Positions 61,418-64,000 of a stretch of 64,000 bases of DNA are shown here, piece after piece; positions within the stretch are counted from its first letter, which is position 1; each line of letters starts with the position of its first letter. Source of the DNA: Takakia lepidozioides (Eukaryota > Plantae > Bryophyta); the NCBI GenBank assembly GCA_030704615.1, contig CM060733.1, positions 47,492,001-47,556,000 on the forward strand, in the 5' to 3' direction. The translations under genes and the position numbers were made by a program. The notes below the pieces were generated by a model, which was not told the origin of the DNA, searched no databases, and worked only from the letters and a program-made list of their open reading frames with translations.

Positions 61418-64000
61418 GGGGGTTGCTATTCCATGAGCTCATGAGTGGTGAGCTCATGAGCTCATGAGCGGGCATGGCTCACCCATGAGCCGCAAAGTAA
61501 CACACTTCGAATTTCGGCAGATTTTTTTCGGGCCCAAAACTATAAAATAATCGAAAATCGAAGATTTCCGCGCTCATGCTGGAAGCACTCCGCTCATGAC
61601 TACCAGTATACGCTCATGACTTGGAGCCCAGGCTCATGGACCGCCAGGCCAGGTCATAGAAAAACTGAATTCTGGGCAATAACGGCACCAAATTATCCCA
61701 GAGGCACGCAAGCGGAATGATCCGCGACTCCGAAAAGAATAACTACGTGGATAGTACTGTTGCAGAAGTGCAGTGGTGGGTATAACGGCGCCGAATGGGC
61801 AGGAAAAAATAGCCGGAAGGCTGGGAGGAAACAACCGGTGAAGTGGGTGCAGCCGATAACGACGCCGAAATTGGGTCCGGAAACCAAATACCTGGCCGTG
61901 AAGGCTGGGACTGCAACCATAATGGCGCCGAAATTGACCTGTGGAAACAAAATTCTCGGCTGAAGCTTCCGCACTCCATCCAATAACGGCGCCGAAATTG
62001 GGCTCTGGAGAGCAAATACCCGCCTTACGGTGAGGGAGGCCTTGCTCTCATTTTGCTCTTCACTCTTCTCTGTTGTGCCCATCTCCTCCCTGCTTTGAGT
62101 TCGTGCTGTGTCGTGAGGCCATGTCGTGCCCAAATCACATCTATCGACGCCAGACGGGAGTCATTTTCCCGAAAGCAGACGACATAATAGTCTTCCTGGA
62201 TGTTTACAGGGACGATCCTCGACTTGTCCAGCTGAGAGCAATGGAGTTTCTTCCAGGATTGCACGATTCTCCTGGACCCCGGCTGGGGAGCAGGTGGTTC
62301 CTACGCATCATGGACCTGGACTTTCTGCATGAGTGGGAGCCGAACAGATCACGCACAGCGTTGCTGTATCGCTGGAATTGTTGCGAGTGGACATATGATG
62401 AGTGCATAGGTGAAAACTTTACGCGTGGACGGACTGGCTCGGAAAGTGGGGACACTCTCTTCAATTATGAGGATGAGGAGGAGGGGAACACATGGCCCAC
62501 TGTGAAAATGTCCTTCTACCAAGGGGGCGCTATCGATAAACACGACATCCTCGTTAGTTTCAACCGGGCGACAGAAACCACTGACATTTTGTTCAAATAT
62601 AGGCACCCGGTCACTCAGGAGGTCCTTGAGAGGCCAGTTAGAGTTCCTTCTTCTTGGGCGAGGGGACCATAGGTCTTGCATGCTAGAGTAGACATGTTTC
62701 GACTCGCCGACACTCATGGCACATACATTTTCATTCAGAAATCAAGCAGCTTCCCTGTGCCATATGGGGAATATACATGCTTGGATAATCTTCTGTTAAG
62801 GTTTTTTGCAATTCACTGCCAATATGCTGGGACGTGTCATTTGTCGTATGGATTGCTGTTTGCACAAGGTGCAGTATGCAAATGCTGGAATATGCAGTAG
62901 GACCCTTCTCACTGGGACACAGAACTAGCAATCTTGTAAAGGCATCACATTTGCAGAACAGTAACAATGTATTTGTAGCAAATTGGAGTCTTCTCATAAA
63001 GGTGGACGAAAACGCCAGGATGGGCTGCGAAATCACTACAATTTGAATGAAGAGCAGTAACAAGGAAGCACTATGCAGTACACAGACCATAAACGACGCT
63101 GAAATAGGCCTCAATGCCCGTTAATCTCCACACAATGTATGCTTTACTCGGATCCATTTGTAGACAACCAAAATAAAAAAAGCATGCGCATGCCATTCAT
63201 GGCCAAAAACCACATTCTCATGTATTGCGACACCGAAATTCACCTGTAGCCATGGCGATGCGGCACCACCAAGTGTATAATTCCTCACAAAAAAATAGGG
63301 TGCAAGAAGATGAATGTAATATAATTGCCACTTTCTTGAAAGTAAACGAGATTCGGAGTGTGGAAGCAACGATCCAGGAGCGACGCAGCAAATCGACAGG
63401 GAAAACAGAATGGACTACAGGCGCGTGCAACAGTGCTGCAAGAAGAAAGACAATATGTACAGTGAAACCCTAAAGCAAAAACGACGAAGGATTTGAACCT
63501 CCCCGCCACCCCGGGGATGCCATACAAATTACCAGAGAATCTGAAGCGAAGACCAATAACAGCAACGACAGCAGGAAAGGATAACAATAAAATCTCTGAA
63601 TGCGTACACTCGGGAGGCTGCTTCGTTTAACCCCGGCAAAGGTGTGCAGCAGAAACATGGGGGACAGGAGAGCAAGTACTTACAGATGACACCAACCTAT
63701 GAAATCCTTTGCATGGAAAGAACGTCCCACTTGTTTTTGCAGATTCTCCTCCACAGACTGAGGGCGGGGTCGATATGAAGAATACAGAAGCGTTCAAGTG
63801 ACAGGAATAGTGCCTGAAAACGAGTGGATGTCAATAGTGAAGAGTGAAGCAAAACGTCTCGCATGCGAAGCGTCCCCGTCCGCATGAGTGCACGCACCTG
63901 TCAACCCCATGGGAAAGTCCCAGGGACAACTGAATGTCTATGCTATGATTGCGCTCTAGGACGGTGCGTCTATGACGAGGCATTCATGGGGCATGCATGA
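61418..64000. mobile_element. Terminus and interior of another related MULE
   Basis: GGGGGTTGCTATTCCATGAGCTCATGAG.. at 61418 nearly matches the family-1 TIR. CATGAGC repeats run to 61640, and ACGGCGCCGAAATT motifs occur at ~61683-62000. The far boundary is unknown. Confidence 0.65.
62121..62672 (+). CDS. Hypothetical protein (orphan ORF inside the MULE end)
   Basis: Uninterrupted 183-aa ORF from ATG 62121 (MSCPNHIYRRQTGVIFP..) with globular-protein-like composition; no family recognised. Confidence 0.45.
   Translation: MSCPNHIYRRQTGVIFPKADDIIVFLDVYRDDPRLVQLRAMEFLPGLHDSPGPRLGSRWFLRIMDLDFLHEWEPNRSRTALLYRWNCCEWTYDECIGENFTRGRTGSESGDTLFNYEDEEEGNTWPTVKMSFYQGGAIDKHDILVSFNRATETTDILFKYRHPVTQEVLERPVRVPSSWARGP

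Noticed and set aside
63680-63900. Possible MTase last-domain exon on the minus strand (AG|G-ACTHA..)
   Set aside because: Similarity is limited to a few residues, and the following RH.F..E.D motif is not recoverable.

Overview
Eukaryotic, transposon-dense, gene-poor region. PLS-type PPR and OSB-like fragments point to a land plant, probably a non-seed plant (inference). There is one 500-N scaffold gap at 27112-27611. The window is dominated by several related Mutator-like (MULE) DNA transposons. Their transposase has a GCM-type Zn domain, a MULE DDE core and a SWIM finger. Transcribed divergently from it is an intron-rich accessory gene that encodes a ParB/Srx-like domain (DGNHR) fused to a beta-class amino-(N6A/N4C) DNA methyltransferase-like domain with a non-canonical catalytic motif (DIPD). 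Family 1 occurs four times: 10697-16091 (deleted derivative with a 9-bp TSD), 16234-27111, 27612-32156 and ~47620-54690. A diverged family 2 copy (32157-36978) has an open, correctly phased 9-exon reading frame. Each family carries its own array of palindromic motifs in the same intron, and family 1 also has arrays in the divergent promoter. This suggests a self-recognition or anti-silencing system (hypothesis). Also present: two further MULE transposase remnants, another MULE end with an orphan ORF, Ty3/gypsy pol fragments, CACTA-type ends, a hAT MITE with an 8-bp TSD, and amplified PPR/OSB-PDF gene fragments. All assignments come from motif reading by eye; no database searches were run.
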